The notes: generated by a model not told the origin, from the sequence alone. DNA of 29,309 nucleotides from a virus (IMGVR_UViG_3300020045_014474:1-29309); one strand, 5' to 3'; counted from the stretch's first letter, positions 1 to 9,443 are shown. Numbers and translations: made by a program.

Positions 1-250
1 CGGGCGGGCCGTCGCACGATATCCCCGCGTCGGCAATCCATGTACGTTGCGCACAACGCCACTTTGATCCGGCACCACAAAGGCTGTCGTTTTGCTCAGG
101 GCAACAGAACCATCCATCGGGGCATAGCTGGCGCGCAACGGTTTTTCCCCCCTCGTCGACGTTCCCACATCTGAGGATGGTATAGCCATATTCGTTGAGG
201 ATCGGGTTACAGGCCAATAAGGCCAGGAGGAACGGGACAAGAATGCGCAT
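1..250 (-). CDS. Cys-rich lipoprotein, partial (runs off the left edge; not in the ORF track)
   Basis: Manual translation from ATG at 250: MRILVPFLLALLAC-NPILNEYGYTILRCGNVDEGGKTVARQLCPDGWFCCPEQNDSLCGAGSKWRCAQRTWIADAGISCDGPP. Open for 83 codons, with a basic residue, hydrophobic stretch and LLAC lipobox; AAGGGG lies upstream. Confidence 0.75.
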   Translation of the reverse strand, partial: MRILVPFLLALLACNPILNEYGYTILRCGNVDEGGKTVARQLCPDGWFCCPEQNDSLCGAGSKWRCAQRTWIADAGISCDGPP

Positions 251-282
251 GGAGACCCCTTGTTTTTATAGGTTGACATACT

Positions 283-3171
283 TCATCGCTCCTGAATCAT
301 CAGGCGCTTGCCGGTGGCCCGACCGCCACGTTGAAACCAGTCGATTGCGGAGTTGAACTCTTGCGCATCGGACTTTCTGTTCCAAGGAGTTCCGCCGATC
401 AGAATAAAAGTCTCTCGAACATTTTTCGCCTTCTCCGGGTTCTGTCCCGGGATCTTTGCGCTCGATGTGGGGGATCGTCCCGCCGAGGCAGCCGCAGGTT
501 TCGCCGGAGATACAAGGGCCGATGCTCCTTTGAGTAGCCCGCCGATTGCCGCCATGCCCGCCGATGCCGCGAAGAGTCCAGCCGCAAGGCCCTGCCCTCC
601 TGGGGTAAAGAGCAGGCCCAAGGCTTCGGCGGTAAAAAACGCGGCGAGTTTAAAGGCCATGTCGCCGAAGGCCGAGAGGATGGACTTGCCGAGATTAGCC
701 AGGGCTTCGTCTGGCTTGGTGAGTAGGTCCGAGAACAGATTGCCCAAGCTCGTGGTCATGGCTTGGGCCAAACCGAGGACCGAGTTCGCAAGCTCGGTAC
801 CAAACTTCTGTTTGACGTTGAGGGCCTGGTCTTGGAGGGTTCCGATAAACGATCCCAGCACGGTCATCCGGTCTTTATCGCGTTGCGCGAGCTTTTCAAG
901 GTTGATCAACTCTTGCTGCTGGAGACCGAGGATTTGGGTGCGATGGGAGATCTCTAGAGCCATCTGCTTTTGCTTTTCCGATCCCGGTGCCAACGTTGCC
1001 ATCTGCCGACGAAGAGAGTCCGCGGTAGCTTGCGTCTCTTGGATCTGGGCCCGCATCGCCTCGGCTTGGGCGACACTGCCGGGCATCTCGGGTTGAAACG
1101 AGATGCGCGCGGCTTGTGCGGCGAGCCTGGTCTTGATGTCCTTGAGTTCAGTTTCGCGCTGAATGGCTGTGCGTTTTTGCTCCAAGGCGAACTGTTCATC
1201 CGCCATCTTGGCGGCGTTTCGCTTGGCCTCGACATCGAGCAAGGAGAGAGCGAGTTTCTGTTTGGCGAAGCCGATCAGGATTTGGTTTTGCCCAATCTCC
1301 GTGGTCAAACGGGTTCGATCTTGTTCCGACAAGGCCCGCAACTTGCGCGACTCCAGGGCCTGGTTCTCCGTTTCGAGCGATTGGATCTGCAATCGGATCT
1401 GTTTGGCTGTCGCCTGCGCCTCCTCGCCTCGATCGCGAACGATAAACCCCCGCAGTTCGGCCAACTGCGCGGTGGACTTTCTGATGTCTTCGGCTTGTTG
1501 TACCTCTTCTTTGCCGAAGGCTATGCGCCTTTGGGTGGATGCTCGCAACTCTTCGATCGCGGCGAGTTGCCGACGGATATCCAAGAGCCGAAGTTGTTCG
1601 GTGGCTTCCTCTCGAAGGACTGAACCGACCTTCAGAAGTCGTGCGCGAAGCTCCTCGATCACTTTGCCTTGCTTGCCTTGCAACACAAGGATTGCGTTGA
1701 CCACGGACTTCTCGGCTTCTCCGAGGTTTCGACGGGTGTCGATCTCCTCGCGCTGGATCTGCATCTCGGCCTTGAGTTGCTCGGAGATGGTCAGTTGCTC
1801 CTTCATGGATAGGGTGCGTTGCTTCTCCCCCTGGATAAACACCCGCAACTTACTTGCACCCGCATCCATCGCCAACCGAAACAAGGTCGCCGCCTTCGCC
1901 GATTTCTTCTCGAAGTTTGGACCCATCAATGCAGTAAACTGCTTTGCAAGCTCGATGGCCTGCGACATTCCGCTGATGGTAGAGCCAATGGCTTCTGATC
2001 CACTTTGGCCAACCAAAGACAGGCCCGCTCCCTCGAAGTTTCGCAGCAACGCCCGGGCCGAAGCCATGCGCGATAGTTGCTCTTGGAGGGCTTCTTGCTG
2101 GGCTTGCAGTCCGGCTTTTTGTCGATCGAGTTGGACCTTATGGTCTTTGGCGCGCTGGTCGGCGATCCGCTTATCCGCCGCCATCAATCCCTGCTGTGCG
2201 GCCTTTTGTCGAACATCGAGTTCGTCTACCCACTTAACCGCCTGTTTCCCTTGACGCAGACGCACCCACAGCATTCCCGCCCCTTCGCCTACGGCTTCGC
2301 CAAACCCCTTGAATCCGCGCCACAGTTTTTGCAGGGCGCCCACCCCAATAGATCCGAGTTTTGCCAGCGCATCTGCAACAGCGCGAATAGCCGGCATAAG
2401 GCCGGAAATAATCTCTTCCTTGAGGGTCAATGCCTCTTTTTTAAGTACATCGAATGGGTTGGCTTTTCCTACTTCCCCCAAACTTGCTTCAAGCTGAGAG
2501 GTGGCTCCCGAAAACTGGATCAGGGTTTTGAGTTGTTCTCCTTGGGTTAATGCCCGTCCGCCCGCCTTGGCCTGCTCTTTGAGCATCTCAATTTGCAGGC
2601 CTTGTTGCGTTTTCAACTGGCCGGTCAATTTGGTCATGGCACCGAGTTCGCGATCGGTGATCTGCCCCGTTTTAAGGCGTGCCTCAAGTGCGGCCTTGGT
2701 CTCCCCGGTCACTGCGGCGAGGATATTGATCAGGTGAGAAAACCGCTCCATGTCTTGTTGGTCAAGTCCGATTTGCTTTAGCTCTAGGGCCATCTTCATG
2801 GCCTCGCCCTTGGACTTAACATCATTGAGGATATTGGCGAGCCTCTCGGTATCCTGAATGGTTACGCCAAAAATCTTGGCCGATCCGATCTTGTCGAATT
2901 GGGCATGAACATTTCCCACGAAAGCACTAAGCTTTGAAAACAAGGAGACTACTTCCGATACGACGGTCTGCACGCCCTCCCACAATTTGCCAAACACACC
3001 GACAACGAGCGCGGTCTCTTTGATCCGCTCAAGTGTCCCCTTGGTACTCTTCTCGACTTTTTGCGCCGCACTGTCGGCCTTCAGCATCTTCTCGCCGAGC
3101 TTTTCCACTTGATCCTCGGCGTCTACAGAATCGAGTTGGATCTGGAATTGGATTAAATCAAACCCGGCCAT
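283..3171 (-). CDS. Tail tape measure protein
   Basis: 962 aa, Ala/Gln/Leu/Glu-rich helical protein with a hydrophobic Gly/Ala-rich C-terminal region; lies directly downstream of the tail tube and frameshifted chaperone genes; AAAGGAGG RBS. Confidence 0.9.
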   Translation of the reverse strand: MAGFDLIQFQIQLDSVDAEDQVEKLGEKMLKADSAAQKVEKSTKGTLERIKETALVVGVFGKLWEGVQTVVSEVVSLFSKLSAFVGNVHAQFDKIGSAKIFGVTIQDTERLANILNDVKSKGEAMKMALELKQIGLDQQDMERFSHLINILAAVTGETKAALEARLKTGQITDRELGAMTKLTGQLKTQQGLQIEMLKEQAKAGGRALTQGEQLKTLIQFSGATSQLEASLGEVGKANPFDVLKKEALTLKEEIISGLMPAIRAVADALAKLGSIGVGALQKLWRGFKGFGEAVGEGAGMLWVRLRQGKQAVKWVDELDVRQKAAQQGLMAADKRIADQRAKDHKVQLDRQKAGLQAQQEALQEQLSRMASARALLRNFEGAGLSLVGQSGSEAIGSTISGMSQAIELAKQFTALMGPNFEKKSAKAATLFRLAMDAGASKLRVFIQGEKQRTLSMKEQLTISEQLKAEMQIQREEIDTRRNLGEAEKSVVNAILVLQGKQGKVIEELRARLLKVGSVLREEATEQLRLLDIRRQLAAIEELRASTQRRIAFGKEEVQQAEDIRKSTAQLAELRGFIVRDRGEEAQATAKQIRLQIQSLETENQALESRKLRALSEQDRTRLTTEIGQNQILIGFAKQKLALSLLDVEAKRNAAKMADEQFALEQKRTAIQRETELKDIKTRLAAQAARISFQPEMPGSVAQAEAMRAQIQETQATADSLRRQMATLAPGSEKQKQMALEISHRTQILGLQQQELINLEKLAQRDKDRMTVLGSFIGTLQDQALNVKQKFGTELANSVLGLAQAMTTSLGNLFSDLLTKPDEALANLGKSILSAFGDMAFKLAAFFTAEALGLLFTPGGQGLAAGLFAASAGMAAIGGLLKGASALVSPAKPAAASAGRSPTSSAKIPGQNPEKAKNVRETFILIGGTPWNRKSDAQEFNSAIDWFQRGGRATGKRLMIQER

Positions 3172-3556
3172 GCCCGCCTCCTTTGCCGCGCTGGCGCTCC
3201 AGTTCCTTGGAATACCAACCCTCGGCCTCGGTAGTCAGGCAGTCGATCAGGTGCATGGTCTCCTGGTAGTGGGAGGTAGTGGGCTTTGATGGGGTGATCC
3301 CGTAGCGATATTGGCCGTAGAGTTGCAATGCGCGGATGGTGTGGGGATGGCGCATCAGCGCGAGAGGGCAACGATCGACGAGGGTGCCACCGAGATCATA
3401 GCGAAACGCCGGACCCCAGGGACCGGGTTTAGAGGGGGCTTCGCAGCCCCATGCGCTTCGCAAATCTTGGTTCATCTGGCACCTTTTGCAGTCGTTCCCG
3501 GGTCGCCGCAGTTCCCGATAGTAGGGCCAGTAGGCAGCGGCTTTTAAACGTTTCCC
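3158..3556 (-). CDS. Tail assembly chaperone, frameshift extension (lambda gpT equivalent)
   Basis: The -1 frame from the GGGAAAC site reads RLKAAAYWPYYRELRRPGNDCKRCQ and runs without a stop into ORF 3158..3475 (MNQDLRSAWGC...); located between chaperone and tape measure. Confidence 0.8.
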   Translation of the reverse strand, partial: GKRLKAAAYWPYYRELRRPGNDCKRCQMNQDLRSAWGCEAPSKPGPWGPAFRYDLGGTLVDRCPLALMRHPHTIRALQLYGQYRYGITPSKPTTSHYQETMHLIDCLTTEAEGWYSKELERQRGKGGGHGRV

Positions 3557-3960
3557 TCGGCTTCGCTCACTCGACTTGCCTTAAACAGTTGCTCGCCGAT
3601 ATGTTTTAAGACCAAGCGAGGAAGCAGTGCGCGCGCGTCGATGGTCAGGCGATCCAACCCATCGGGATGTTTGCCGCGCGAACTGCTTGGCCAATTGTCG
3701 AGGTTCTCGCAGGCCTCAACGCATAGGTGTGCCAGGGCCACATACGAAGCCGAGTTCTTGACCGCTGCCTCGAACTGATTGTCCGACCCGAAGGAGATCT
3801 TCCCTTCCTCCGACATCGAAACCCCGCCATCGCGAAATGCAGCGGCAAGTTCTTCGGGAGTCGGATGGTGTGCCCACACGACAATCTCCGTGCCGTCGGT
3901 GGCCGGGAAAGCGAATCGCTCGCGGCCCCCACTGAGCTTGGGAATATCAAACATCGACAT
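3544..3960 (-). CDS. Tail assembly chaperone (lambda gpG equivalent)
   Basis: 138 aa; follows the tail tube gene and ends in a slippery heptamer. Confidence 0.8.
   Translation of the reverse strand: MSMFDIPKLSGGRERFAFPATDGTEIVVWAHHPTPEELAAAFRDGGVSMSEEGKISFGSDNQFEAAVKNSASYVALAHLCVEACENLDNWPSSSRGKHPDGLDRLTIDARALLPRLVLKHIGEQLFKASRVSEAEGNV
3550..3556 (-). other. Programmed -1 ribosomal frameshift slippery site G GGA AAC
   Basis: Minus strand reads GAG GGA AAC GTT TAA, an X XXY YYZ heptamer one codon before the chaperone stop; same position as lambda G/GT (GGGAAAG). Confidence 0.85.
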
Positions 3961-3963
3961 GAA

Positions 3964-5367
3964 CTAAAACCTCACTAACTTTGGTTTGTTCGGGCTCGCC
4001 GCATCGGTCTGATCGTCGACGAATCGGTATTGTGCATCCCAATATCGGGTATCATTTTGGTTCGCCGATCCTGCCGATTCGATCTGCGAATTGCCCGCAA
4101 CACCGATGCAATCGCCCGCACTATTGCCCGCGAACATGAGCAGATGGTCCTGGGTGCCAGCATCCTCCCAGGTCGTCTTGGGGGTCTTCACAGTGTCGCG
4201 AAACACCGCCTTGCATTTGGCTTCTCGCGAACGAATATCGAAGCGCAAACCGGCGTTGGTATCGCGAAGTTCTTGCCGCCCATGTCCGAGATCAAACTCG
4301 AAATTGTTGATGCCAAGCGCGGTCGTTCCGAAGTATGCCGCGCCCGAAGTCACAAACACCACCGGCCCTTTATTGACCTGGCTCCCATCGAGGGATTGGG
4401 CATCGGTAACGGCGAATCCGTCCGAGTCGAACTCGACATCGAGCATGACCAATCCGCCAAATTCGCCGGACAACTTCATCGAGAAAACACATCCGACCAG
4501 TTCCACCATGCGATCGTCGGTATAGTGGAGGAGGGTATGAGAGCGATGGCCCGTGTCTGCGGGGGTCCATACCTCGCCCTGGTAGACCACGGTGGCCGCA
4601 GGAGGAGCCGCGGCAAGGGCAGGGGAGACCGTGATGTTATCGGGAGTCGCCCCCGTGTCCACCGCAGTCACGCGCCGGACCTGGTTAAGGATCAAAACAT
4701 AATCGCCGACCGCAAACGTCGTTGCATCAGTCACATCGATCTGCGTCGTGGTCGATCCGGCACCCGTAACCGCTTCCCCGACTGCTGCGGATCTGGTCCC
4801 GATGCATTGCAAAAACTTGCTCCATCGGTCCTCCAAGGCTGCGGTGCCATCGACGCTTGGATCGACCATGCCGGGGATTTCGAGCTTGAAAGATCCGCTT
4901 GCCTTATCCAGGCCCTTCTTCGCCGAGGGACCATCGAGGGTTTGGCGAACGAAATCGCGCGGCAAATCTTCCGGCGCAAACTGGACCGACAGGTCTGCTG
5001 CTGGCATCACGCCGAGGACGTAGAAGGTGTCGCCGTTGGCGGGCGATGCGGCCATTGTTTCGAGGGTGGTAAATGTGGCCACCGCACCGACAACGGCGAA
5101 ATCGGAGATGTTATAAACCTTCCCCCGTAGCGCTGCGGTTGTGGTTGCGGCGTCGAAATAGATTTGAAGTTTGTTAAAAAAGTCCGCAGCAGCGGTGGCG
5201 ATTGCATTGTCATGTTGCAATCCGTCCGTGTTATCCACGGTTGCGGTGGTGCCGGTTCCCCCGCTGGCCTCGAATTTATAGTTAGGCGTGCCCTGTGTGA
5301 CCTCGGGAATGAAGATGGCAAGGCCGAGTTTTTCATTGATGTGAGCGGGGGTGCTGGTTGTCGCCAT
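3964..5367 (-). CDS. Major tail tube protein with inserted domains
   Basis: 467 aa, Thr/Ala/Gly/Asp-rich and beta-type; tube-like segments such as ASGSFKLE, GCVFSMKLSGEFGGLVMLDVEF and INNFEFDLGH; lies between tail completion and chaperone genes; GGAG RBS. Confidence 0.8.
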   Translation of the reverse strand: MATTSTPAHINEKLGLAIFIPEVTQGTPNYKFEASGGTGTTATVDNTDGLQHDNAIATAAADFFNKLQIYFDAATTTAALRGKVYNISDFAVVGAVATFTTLETMAASPANGDTFYVLGVMPAADLSVQFAPEDLPRDFVRQTLDGPSAKKGLDKASGSFKLEIPGMVDPSVDGTAALEDRWSKFLQCIGTRSAAVGEAVTGAGSTTTQIDVTDATTFAVGDYVLILNQVRRVTAVDTGATPDNITVSPALAAAPPAATVVYQGEVWTPADTGHRSHTLLHYTDDRMVELVGCVFSMKLSGEFGGLVMLDVEFDSDGFAVTDAQSLDGSQVNKGPVVFVTSGAAYFGTTALGINNFEFDLGHGRQELRDTNAGLRFDIRSREAKCKAVFRDTVKTPKTTWEDAGTQDHLLMFAGNSAGDCIGVAGNSQIESAGSANQNDTRYWDAQYRFVDDQTDAASPNKPKLVRF

Positions 5368-5372
5368 CTATA

Positions 5373-5783
5373 TTACTCCACATATCTTAGGGAAAAATCC
5401 CACGTCCACACCAGGCGGCGATTCTTGGCCTGGCGCAACAGTTGGGAGGGTTGGGAATTAAAAACCGTGCCACTGGTCAAAGAAGTGTGCAACAAATTCT
5501 CGGTCGCCGCCTGGCCGCGCGTGGCCGCGACGGCCATTTGGGTTAACTCATCATCGGCAAGCAGGGTACAGATTTCGAGGCGCATCTTCGCAAACCAGAT
5601 CGTGGGACTCACTTGCGCCTCGAACCACGGCTCGCCGACTGATCGCGCGCGCAATAAATACACTCCATCCAAAGGACCGCCCACCGTTGCAAGTGACTCC
5701 ACCCTCTGATCAGCATATTCGGCCAGGCCTGCGGCGGTGGTGAGTTGGGTTTGCAGTTCGGCTACTGCGGTCGCAAAACTCAT
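5373..5783 (-). CDS. Putative tail terminator/completion protein
   Basis: 136 aa; ATGA overlap with the upstream gene; immediately precedes the tail tube; C-terminal beta strand WTWDFSLRY. Call is mainly by synteny. Confidence 0.6.
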   Translation of the reverse strand: MSFATAVAELQTQLTTAAGLAEYADQRVESLATVGGPLDGVYLLRARSVGEPWFEAQVSPTIWFAKMRLEICTLLADDELTQMAVAATRGQAATENLLHTSLTSGTVFNSQPSQLLRQAKNRRLVWTWDFSLRYVE

Positions 5784-6529
5784 CGGATCACCTGGATGCC
5801 GTTGAAGTGGAATTTTTCCCGGCTGGTCGTCACGATTCCATCATCGTCGGTGTCGACGAGTTGTTGCGCCATCGCCGCGCCGAAGGCTTGGTTGCCCATG
5901 CGCTCATATTGCTCATGCTTATATTGATCCTCTGATGTGCCGGTGGCGTCGAGCAAAACAGAAAGATGGAAGTCCGCAAGACTCCAATACTCGTGGCACA
6001 ACGAGAAGGTTTCGGGCAGATACAAATCCCCGGCATTGCGGCTTATGCGCTGTTGGATCAGATGCGTGATCCGATCCCATGCGCGTTGGCGATAAACCGC
6101 GAATGTGGTTTGACCCGAGGGAAGCCGGGCCGATAGATAAGGATGACGGCTCGTAAAATCGGCGTCGGTCAGTTGACTCATAAACCTGCGCCGGATGACC
6201 TCAAAGTAGGTATCGCGCAGGTAAGAGCCGGTGTTGAGCGACCATCGAGCGCGATAGTATTGGCGCTGCGAGGCCCGGGCATCTAGGGTGGTTTGGTAGG
6301 ATCGAGAAAAAGTGGCGGCAGTCCAGGTGCGGGTATAGGTGGCGGTATGCCCCGAGGCAGTAAGGCCGGTCGAGGTTGCGGGGACTAGTTCGGTGTTGCT
6401 CTGGCTAAAAATGGCGATGGTGTGGGTGCCGCTAAGGGTGATGGGGGCCTGGGTGATCGAGTCGAGCAGGCGCAAATAGAGCGCATCGCTTTGATCCTGT
6501 ACGACTGATTGTGGCATGGAAGTTGACAC
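5780..6529 (-). CDS. Putative head-tail connector/adaptor protein
   Basis: 249 aa; GGAGGG RBS; helical C-terminal half ending in VDTDDDG; lies between capsid and tail genes. Call is by synteny. Confidence 0.55.
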   Translation of the reverse strand: MSTSMPQSVVQDQSDALYLRLLDSITQAPITLSGTHTIAIFSQSNTELVPATSTGLTASGHTATYTRTWTAATFSRSYQTTLDARASQRQYYRARWSLNTGSYLRDTYFEVIRRRFMSQLTDADFTSRHPYLSARLPSGQTTFAVYRQRAWDRITHLIQQRISRNAGDLYLPETFSLCHEYWSLADFHLSVLLDATGTSEDQYKHEQYERMGNQAFGAAMAQQLVDTDDDGIVTTSREKFHFNGIQVIR

Positions 6530-6538
6530 CCATCCCTC

Positions 6539-7027
6539 CTATCCCTTCTTTTTCCCGGACTCGGCACGCTGCGCGATCGTCCAGTCTGCCAACTCCTCGA
6601 CCGACATTTCTTTAAGCTTGCCGCGCTGTTCCTCGTTTTCGGCATGTGCGCCGAACTGAAGTAGGGCGTTGAGGGCTTTGCGCGTTTCAAGTGTGGTTGG
6701 CTTGTCGATGCGCCGCCATTGTCGCATAGATTGACTGGTTCCATCTTCGATCAACACTACCGATCCCGGTACGGTGGGGGCGACCACAAACGATCTGCCG
6801 CAGTCTCGAATGGCGAGCTTTTCATTTCCAATTAAATGCATCGTGGCTTCGTGTCGCCAGGGCGACTTGAGGGCCACAACATCGTCGAGCCGCAGCCGAT
6901 CGGACCGGGCCCATGTCGCATAGAGAGCCCGGCGCATGGCATCGGATCGCATGGCAAGGAAGTTATTGCGATCCGATGCGTCGAGAAATTCGCCAAGCGC
7001 GCGTTCTTCTACGGATAGCTCGCTCAT
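6539..7027 (-). CDS. Hypothetical protein in head module
   Basis: ORF 6539..7051; ATG at 7027 preferred because it forms an ATGA overlap with the upstream stop at 7024. Confidence 0.65.
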   Translation of the reverse strand: MSELSVEERALGEFLDASDRNNFLAMRSDAMRRALYATWARSDRLRLDDVVALKSPWRHEATMHLIGNEKLAIRDCGRSFVVAPTVPGSVVLIEDGTSQSMRQWRRIDKPTTLETRKALNALLQFGAHAENEEQRGKLKEMSVEELADWTIAQRAESGKKKG

Positions 7028-7368
7028 GCCTGGCTCGATTCCCATTCGCAACGCAAGGTTCGCAAGGAGATGTCCTGGGCGTTTGCGAGTTCGACCCCGG
7101 TAGTGCGGACAAACACGACGATTTTTTTGGCGGTATAGTCGTACTCTGCATAGTTCGCAGAGTCCGGCGCGCCCGTCGATGTCAGAATCACTTTGACGTT
7201 GACAAGGTGCGGATCAGCGTTGAGCGATTCATCCGTCTTGAGATCGGTCGCAACACCGCCTGTTGCATAAGATGCGGGTCCGGTGTAGTTGCGAACACCC
7301 TTGGCAACGCCCGTTACCTCGCCCTGAACGAGCGAAGCATTGGCACGAAAAACACGAGTTCCGGCCAT
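7024..7368 (-). CDS. Putative capsid decoration/cement protein
   Basis: 114 aa, beta-rich, contains YTGPASYATGG; directly after the major capsid gene; strong AGGAGG RBS. Confidence 0.6.
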   Translation of the reverse strand: MAGTRVFRANASLVQGEVTGVAKGVRNYTGPASYATGGVATDLKTDESLNADPHLVNVKVILTSTGAPDSANYAEYDYTAKKIVVFVRTTGVELANAQDISLRTLRCEWESSQA

Positions 7369-7400
7369 AATGGCCTCCTATTGTAGCCGATGGGCTGGGG

Positions 7401-8447
7401 TTATGGGGCCGTTGTGGCGAGCCCGGTGATAGCGGATTGATGGTATGGGTTGACGCAACAGAGGTTGCCATACGCCTTGACGAAGATCGCCTTCGAGTCT
7501 TTGCCGGTCTGAACCTGCTCGAATCCGATTGGATGACCTTCGTGCATGGCTTCTTGATCGCGGACTTCGGAGAGTTGATCTTCGGGCGTATGATCGAGAA
7601 ATCGAAATTCGATCTCATCGAGGTTGAGCATCCAAACCTCGGAGGTCGGAACCCCCTTGATCACCTTCATGGGGATCAAAAACGACCCATCGGCATAATG
7701 CGGAATAACCGTGCCTGCGGTGGCACCCGGCACAAATCGGACCGAATCTTCATAAAGGGTGGCGAACTTCTGAAATTGGAGCAGGTCCATCCAGATCTCG
7801 GTGTTTGGTCCGATGGCGTTGCGGTTCCAGGCATTGCGCACAAGGGTGCGCAATAAGGTCTTGGAGAGGGCAACCGACCCCGCTGCGGTGATGTTGGCTT
7901 GCCACAAGGCTTGCCCGGCTTGGGCGATGGTGGCATAGGTGTTGGAGGTCGACAGAAACGCCAGGAATCCATCGATATCGTCTCCACCGTTGCCCGATCC
8001 ATCGGTCGCAAGTTCGAGTTCGATCTCGTGCATGATGGCCTTTAGGGCATCGGCGATCTGGGTTCCAAGCCCTTCGAGTCCACCGCGCAGGGCATTGCGG
8101 CGCGTGGCCAGGCGGATCAGGTTGTCGATCTCGACCATGACCCCAACGCGCGCCCACGGCAGATTGGCATCGTCCCAGGTGGGTTGAGTGGCCACCGGGT
8201 ATCCGTCCGCCGCGCCAAAACTGGCTGCGGTTTTCCCCGCGACCTTGATCCCCCAATCTCGGACATATCGATCATTGCCATCCGCGCCGCCAACAAAGAC
8301 CTTGCCCTTCTCCCGAAGCCGACCTAAGAAGGATTCGCCGGGAATCAACCAGTTGCCGGGCCCCTGGCGAACCACGTTATCGATCGTCATCGGCCCGTAG
8401 TTCTCAAACAGGATGTCGGTCAAGTCAGAAAATGTCATCGCGGACAT
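7401..8447 (-). CDS. Major capsid protein (HK97-fold type)
   Basis: 348 aa; spine-helix-like ALKAIMHEIELELATDGSG...DIDGF and C-terminal AYGNLCCVNPYHQSAITGL; follows the scaffold gene; AGGAGA RBS. Confidence 0.85.
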   Translation of the reverse strand: MSAMTFSDLTDILFENYGPMTIDNVVRQGPGNWLIPGESFLGRLREKGKVFVGGADGNDRYVRDWGIKVAGKTAASFGAADGYPVATQPTWDDANLPWARVGVMVEIDNLIRLATRRNALRGGLEGLGTQIADALKAIMHEIELELATDGSGNGGDDIDGFLAFLSTSNTYATIAQAGQALWQANITAAGSVALSKTLLRTLVRNAWNRNAIGPNTEIWMDLLQFQKFATLYEDSVRFVPGATAGTVIPHYADGSFLIPMKVIKGVPTSEVWMLNLDEIEFRFLDHTPEDQLSEVRDQEAMHEGHPIGFEQVQTGKDSKAIFVKAYGNLCCVNPYHQSAITGLATTAP

Positions 8448-8457
8448 AATTTATCTC

Positions 8458-9000
8458 CTACAGGGAAATGGTTTTTCCTTTGAGTTGTTGCGCCAATCGT
8501 CGGGCCGCCTCTTCCGGGGTTTTGGGTGGAGGTGGCTTGGCATCGCCCGCCCCTGCGCGCCCGCGGTCTATGGGAGGCAAAGTGGGCGGAACGACTGCGG
8601 GCACGGTTGGATTGAGGGGTGCGGGTCCAGGCGCTGCGGGTGCCGCTGGTGCGCTTGGTTGCCCCAGCTTTCCCGCCGATTGCAACTGCGCCAACACATC
8701 GAGGGTCTTGATGGCATCTCCACCCGACAAGGTCTCGACCAATTTTTTATCAGCTTCGGACAAACCGCCCAAAGCCGCCTGGCGATATCGCTCTAGCGCG
8801 GCTTTATAATCCGGCTCCGTGGGAGGGGGCACAATGGGCGCAGTCGGCGGAGGATTGGGTTGGGGTGCGATGGGAGGGGCAAGTTGAAAGATGATGGGTT
8901 GTGGCGCAGGATTTGCCGGGACAACGGGAACAATCGGCGCAGGTGGCGCAGGATTTGCGGGCGCGACGGGTGGGGGATTGGGATTGATTGGATCGGGCAT
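8458..9000 (-). CDS. Putative capsid scaffolding protein, Pro-rich
   Basis: 180 aa; low-complexity Pro/Ala arms around a helical core; immediately upstream of capsid; no protease gene nearby. Confidence 0.7.
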   Translation of the reverse strand: MPDPINPNPPPVAPANPAPPAPIVPVVPANPAPQPIIFQLAPPIAPQPNPPPTAPIVPPPTEPDYKAALERYRQAALGGLSEADKKLVETLSGGDAIKTLDVLAQLQSAGKLGQPSAPAAPAAPGPAPLNPTVPAVVPPTLPPIDRGRAGAGDAKPPPPKTPEEAARRLAQQLKGKTISL

Positions 9001-9001
9001 G

Positions 9002-9424
9002 CTATTTCTCTTTCATCCTCTTTAAGATTCGACTTCTCAAGAGATCTATTACAACCTTGCGATCGTTGGGACTGGCCCCCCACCACTGATCGATCGCGTG
9101 ATTCCATCGAGCCTTTTCTTTCGAGAAAGCGTCGGCAAATCCGATTGAGATAGTGAGAACCGGTCCATCGACCTGGACCGACTCGAGGTGGATGGAGTTC
9201 AGCATCGCGCCGGTATCGGATAGATTTCTTACCGATACATCTCGACCGCGCCCTTGTTTTTGCCGCGCGTATCCGGGCGAATAGGCTTTCATTTGGGTAT
9301 CATCGATCCCAACCCCACGATCGACGCGCAACTTGATCTGCGCGATCATGGCCTGGCCCGCCTCGACGAAGGCCGGGACCACATTCTCTCTCCATTTTGC
9401 AGCGGTCGGGATATTTTTGACCAT
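9002..9424 (-). CDS. Phage virion morphogenesis family protein (Mu G / P2 S-like)
   Basis: Motif MKAYSPGYARQK...NLSDTGAMLNSI; ATG at 9424 preceded by GGGAGG. Confidence 0.7.
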   Translation of the reverse strand: MVKNIPTAAKWRENVVPAFVEAGQAMIAQIKLRVDRGVGIDDTQMKAYSPGYARQKQGRGRDVSVRNLSDTGAMLNSIHLESVQVDGPVLTISIGFADAFSKEKARWNHAIDQWWGASPNDRKVVIDLLRSRILKRMKEK

Positions 9425-9443
9425 ACATGCCTCCCTGATCATG

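Noticed and set aside
273-302. TTGACA on the plus strand as an antisense promoter into the tape measure gene
   Set aside because: No acceptable -10 element at 16-18 bp.
353-2254. Long plus-strand ORFs (247, 217 and 363 aa) over the tape measure gene, and similar ones at 4030..5130 and 28012..29013
   Set aside because: Typical stop-poor antisense frames of GC-rich genes; Ser/Arg/Cys-rich and not protein-like.
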